Shown: piece after piece, positions 60,451 to 64,000 of the stretch
How the letters are laid out: each line of letters starts with the position of its first letter
Position numbering within the stretch: the stretch's first letter is position 1
Assembly (NCBI GenBank): GCA_001775395.1
Contig: MEWP01000160.1
Span: forward strand, 266-64,265
DNA from: a candidate division Zixibacteria bacterium RBG_16_53_22
GTDB taxonomy: Bacteria > Zixibacteria > MSB-5A5 > UBA10806
DNA length: 64,000 bases
Reading direction: 5' to 3'
Notes under the pieces: model-generated
The model's database searches: none
The model's input: only the letters and a program-made list of their open reading frames with translations
What the model was told of the DNA's origin: nothing
Program-made: the position numbers and the translations under genes

Positions 60451-62127
60451 ATGGCAATCAGACGCCCTGGCACAACTATCCGAAATATAAAACGTTACCG
60501 CGAGATAATAACCGTATTGATGAAATACGGATTCGGTGAGATAATTGGACGTCTGAACCTATATACCGCTTATCGGATCAGCCGCAAGATATTTCGCAGG
60601 ATTCCCGCGCCCGAGACATCCTACGCAGTCAGAATCAGATTGGCGCTGGAGGAGTTGGGGCCGACATTCGTGAAGCTCGGCCAGGTGCTTTCCATGCGCC
60701 CGTTCATGATCCCCGCCGAGTTGGCGGTGGAGCTGAGCAAGCTTCAGGATGAGGTTGCCCCGGTGGCCTCCGATGTTGCTATCAGGGCGATCGAAGATAA
60801 TCTCGGGCAGAGCATTCCCGAGGTCTTTATGTCGCTCGAGCCCTTGCCGGTGGCATCGGCATCTCTGTCGCAGGTCCACCACGCCGTTCTGCGCGACGGT
60901 ACCGCTGTGGTGGTCAAGATTCAGCGCCCCAATATCAAAAAGATCATCGATTCCGACCTGATTATTTTGCGCGAGCTCGCCGGTCTGTTGGTGAAATATG
61001 TCCCCGAAAGCCATCAATATGACCCGATTGGAATTGTCGACGAGCTGGCCAAGGCCACCCGTAAGGAGATCAATTTCCTGCTCGAGGCCAGAAATATCGA
61101 AACTTTCAAACGCAATTTCGAGAACGACCCTCGTATATATGTTCCCGGAGTATATTGGAAATTCACCACCCGTCATATGATCGTGATGGATCGTGTCGAT
61201 GGTATCAAGATTTCCGATATCGAAAAGCTGATCAATTCCGGTATCGATACGGCCGAGGTTTGCAGGGTCGGCGGTGACATGGTTTTCAAGATGGTTTTCG
61301 AGCACGGCTTCTTTCATGCCGATCCTCATCCCGGAAACCTTTTCGTTACCAGGTCCGGCCTCATCGCGCCGGTCGATTATGGCATGATGGGGGTGCTGTC
61401 GGCCACGCAACTGAACCAACTGGCCAATATCCTGGCGGCGGTGGTCTCCAACGATCCTGCGATGGTGGTCTACGCTTTCATTAAAGCCAGGGTCCTGCCC
61501 GACGATGCCAACCTGTCATCGATTGAAGCCGACTTGAATGAGATTATCACCCGATATCACAAGATTCCGTTGGCCCAGATTGACATGGGCACGGTCGCCG
61601 ATGAGTTTTTCGACGTTATCCGCAGGCATCAGATAAGGATGCAATCGGAATTCATGACATTTGCCAAGGCCCTGATCACGTATGAGGAGGTGGCCCGGAC
61701 GCTCGACCCAAACTACGATTTTATAAAGAGCGCCGAGCCATATGTAAGAAAACTGGCTGTCAAGAGATTCAAGCCATCCAGGATTAAGCGCGATATCCAG
61801 ATAGCCCTGACCGAAATGCACGATTTGATGGTGAAACTCCCGCTGGAGGTCGATGAGTTCTTGTCGAAGATCAACAAGGGGAAAATAAAAGTCGGCCTCG
61901 AGGTGCAGGGACTGGAGAAATTAATCCTGGAGCTGGACAAATCATCGAACCGCCTGTCATTCGCGCTGATCATCGCCTCCATAATAGTTGGATCATCGCT
62001 GATCATGACCTTGGATGTGGGGCTGAAAATATACGGCTTGCCGGCCCTGGGCTTGTTGGGATATATCTTCGCCGGAATCCTGGGAATGGGGCTGGCCTTA
62101 TCGATCTTACGTTCGGGGAAATTATAG
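60451..62127 (+). CDS. AarF/UbiB/ABC1 atypical kinase
   Basis: LGPTFVKLGQ, ASASLSQVH, VKIQRP, FFHADPHPGN, DYGM; two C-terminal TM. Confidence 0.93.
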   Translation: MAIRRPGTTIRNIKRYREIITVLMKYGFGEIIGRLNLYTAYRISRKIFRRIPAPETSYAVRIRLALEELGPTFVKLGQVLSMRPFMIPAELAVELSKLQDEVAPVASDVAIRAIEDNLGQSIPEVFMSLEPLPVASASLSQVHHAVLRDGTAVVVKIQRPNIKKIIDSDLIILRELAGLLVKYVPESHQYDPIGIVDELAKATRKEINFLLEARNIETFKRNFENDPRIYVPGVYWKFTTRHMIVMDRVDGIKISDIEKLINSGIDTAEVCRVGGDMVFKMVFEHGFFHADPHPGNLFVTRSGLIAPVDYGMMGVLSATQLNQLANILAAVVSNDPAMVVYAFIKARVLPDDANLSSIEADLNEIITRYHKIPLAQIDMGTVADEFFDVIRRHQIRMQSEFMTFAKALITYEEVARTLDPNYDFIKSAEPYVRKLAVKRFKPSRIKRDIQIALTEMHDLMVKLPLEVDEFLSKINKGKIKVGLEVQGLEKLILELDKSSNRLSFALIIASIIVGSSLIMTLDVGLKIYGLPALGLLGYIFAGILGMGLALSILRSGKL

Positions 62128-62200
62128 GTTTATCCCGGGCGCCGCAAACTCGAATCCTCTTGACTGGTAACAGCAGTTAGGATATTTTCACCGGGGTACT

Positions 62201-63256
62201 GTGATTATGTCTTTTGCTAATTTAAGCGATAGAGAAAAGCTGATCTTGAAGGTCTTGATCGACCATTATATCGGCTCGGCTGAACCGGTCAGTTCCGCGA
62301 TCCTGGCTCAGAAGTATGGCCTCGACCTTTCATCGGCCACCATCCGAAACACCATCAAGGACCTGGAGGGAATGGAGCTGGTCATGCAGCCGCACACCTC
62401 AGCCGGCCGGATACCGACAACGCTGGGATACCGGCTCTATGTCGATTATCTGTTGCGGCCGGAAAGGCTGAGCAAGACCGATAAGGAAAAAATCGAGAAG
62501 AATATCGCCGTGGAATACGTCGGTATCGATCAAATCCTCGAGCAGACATCGAGGGTGCTTGGCGACGTCTCCAGGCAGCTTGGTGTCGCCATTTCTCCGC
62601 GTTTCGAATCGGGTATCCTGACTCGGCTGGAGCTGGTTCCCGTGGCCGAAAGGCGGGTCCTGGTGGTTCTTGTCATGAAATCGGGGCTGGCTCGCACCGT
62701 GCTTCTCGAGGTCGAGAGCGAGCTTCAGGACCGGGGCCTTTATGAAACCGCCGCGATCCTAAACGAGCGGCTATGTGGGCTCTCGATCGGTGAAATAAAA
62801 AGCACTTTGAAAGAGAGGTTGGCGACACCGACTCTGGGCGACCCCCGCCTTATAAAGATGTTCATTGAGTCATCGGATGAGCTTCTGCGATTCTCGGATG
62901 ATATCGAGGTGCATCTGGGAGGCACAAAGCATATATTGAGCCAGCCCGAGTTCAAGAATCCGGCCAGAATCCGCGACCTGATTGATTTGATCGAGGAGCG
63001 GCAGGCGGTCTATGAATTGATGTCGAGGGCCGGCATGGAGGAGGGAATCTCCGTCACCATCGGCGTAGGTGGAATGAGGGGAGGGGCCAGGAAAGGTGAC
63101 GGCACAGAGGAGTTATCTCTCTTATCTTCTATTTACCAGGCGGGCCGTTTCAAGGGCACGATCGGTATCATCGGGCCGACGAGGATGCCGTATTCCAAGT
63201 TGCTCGGGATAGTCGATTATGCCGCCAAGCGGCTGTCCGAGGTATTATCAGAGTAG
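62201..63256 (+). CDS. hrcA: Heat-inducible transcription repressor HrcA
   Basis: SSATIRN, QPHTSAGRIPT..GYR.YVD, IIGPTRM.Y. Confidence 0.96.
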   Translation: MIMSFANLSDREKLILKVLIDHYIGSAEPVSSAILAQKYGLDLSSATIRNTIKDLEGMELVMQPHTSAGRIPTTLGYRLYVDYLLRPERLSKTDKEKIEKNIAVEYVGIDQILEQTSRVLGDVSRQLGVAISPRFESGILTRLELVPVAERRVLVVLVMKSGLARTVLLEVESELQDRGLYETAAILNERLCGLSIGEIKSTLKERLATPTLGDPRLIKMFIESSDELLRFSDDIEVHLGGTKHILSQPEFKNPARIRDLIDLIEERQAVYELMSRAGMEEGISVTIGVGGMRGGARKGDGTEELSLLSSIYQAGRFKGTIGIIGPTRMPYSKLLGIVDYAAKRLSEVLSE

Positions 63257-63317
63257 AGGCCTGGCTGGTTTCAGGCCGAAATCGAAAGATTCCATAATTT
63301 TCTCATGGGTGAGTGGA

Positions 63318-63827
63318 ATGGGCAGAAACTTGCATCCCGCCGCCGAATTGGCGGCTTATAAGACGGGGTTGACAAGGGAGGTCAACCGGGTCGATCAGCA
63401 AGACAGATACCTTCGGCTGGCGGCCGAGTTCGATAATTACAAGAAGCGGACCGCGCGTCAATTCGCCGATTTGGTCAGGAGCGCCAATGAGGAGCTCATA
63501 TTGGAAATTGTGGCGGTGCTGGATGATTTCGACCGCGCCCTGCAGACAATGAGTTCCGAAACGAGCGATAAGCAGTCGGCTGCGGCCGAGAGTGTTCTAT
63601 CGGGCATGAGGCTCGTATACGACAAGCTGATGAACATGCTCAAAGGAAGAGGGGTCAGCCAGTTCGATTCTATCGAACAGCCTTTCGACCCCCAGTTTCA
63701 TGATGCTGTCATGCAGATGCCGTCGGACAAGGAAGAGGGCACGGTCATCGGCGTCATTTCGCCGGGATATATCATGAACGAAAGGATTATCCGGCACGCC
63801 AAGGTAATTGTGGCTTCATCGAAATAG
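63318..63827 (+). CDS. grpE: Nucleotide exchange factor GrpE (short N-terminus; start uncertain)
   Basis: YLRLAAEFDNYKKR, DDFDRAL, FDPQFHDAV, GY...R.IRHAKV.V. Confidence 0.9.
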   Translation: MGRNLHPAAELAAYKTGLTREVNRVDQQDRYLRLAAEFDNYKKRTARQFADLVRSANEELILEIVAVLDDFDRALQTMSSETSDKQSAAAESVLSGMRLVYDKLMNMLKGRGVSQFDSIEQPFDPQFHDAVMQMPSDKEEGTVIGVISPGYIMNERIIRHAKVIVASSK

Positions 63828-63874
63828 CAGATATATAGCATCATCACTTTTGCAGCTAAGGAAAGGAATTTTTA

Positions 63875-64000
63875 ATGACCAAAGTTATTGCAGTGGTCAA
63901 TCAAAAAGGGGGCGTGGGCAAAACCACCACCTGCGTGAACCTCGGGGCGGCGCTATCGCAGAAGAGGTTCAAGGTATTATTAATTGATCTCGATCCCATG
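63875..64000 (+). CDS. ParA/Soj-family ATPase, partial (runs off window end)
   Basis: [27 protein letters not shown]...[16 protein letters not shown]. Confidence 0.9.
   Translation, partial: MTKVIAVVNQKGGVGKTTTCVNLGAALSQKRFKVLLIDLDPM

Overview
A 64-kb, gene-dense core-chromosome segment from a moderately GC-rich bacterium, with no transposase, integrase, prophage, CRISPR array or rRNA seen. The gene orders rplM-rpsI-rpsB-tsf-pyrH-frr, purB-psd-pssA-purS-purQ and rsmB-PASTA-rpe, plus a protein with a Cys-bracketed dockerin-like tail, point to an FCB-associated lineage, probably Zixibacteria-like (inference). Contents: tRNA-Cys and tRNA-Leu; an RsbU/W/V partner-switching module linked to a FleS/FleR-like sigma-54 two-component pair; an ECF transporter energising module; purine and phospholipid genes; an Rrf2-iscS-iscU operon; an ECF sigma/anti-sigma pair; the ffh-rpsP-khpA-rimM-trmD-rplS operon; RNase P RNA; recJ; a B12-dependent acyl-CoA mutase cluster; translation genes; and hrcA-grpE-parA. 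Most notable observations: (1) two intergenic ~150-bp elements (18490-18637, 36957-37109) share a four-way-junction/REP-doublet architecture with a conserved GGTTCCGC...GCGGAACC core and different arm sequences; (2) the IscS-like protein has Asn in place of the PLP Schiff-base Lys; (3) the mutase carries isobutyryl-CoA-mutase specificity residues; (4) a receiver gene has no canonical start and lies in frame behind the TGA of the STAS gene; (5) back-to-back GAAAC-N17-TGTC ECF promoters; (6) a UbiA-family prenyltransferase sits in the usual dxr slot; (7) a PhaR-phasin fusion has an internal in-frame start. All family assignments come from motif recognition, not database searches.
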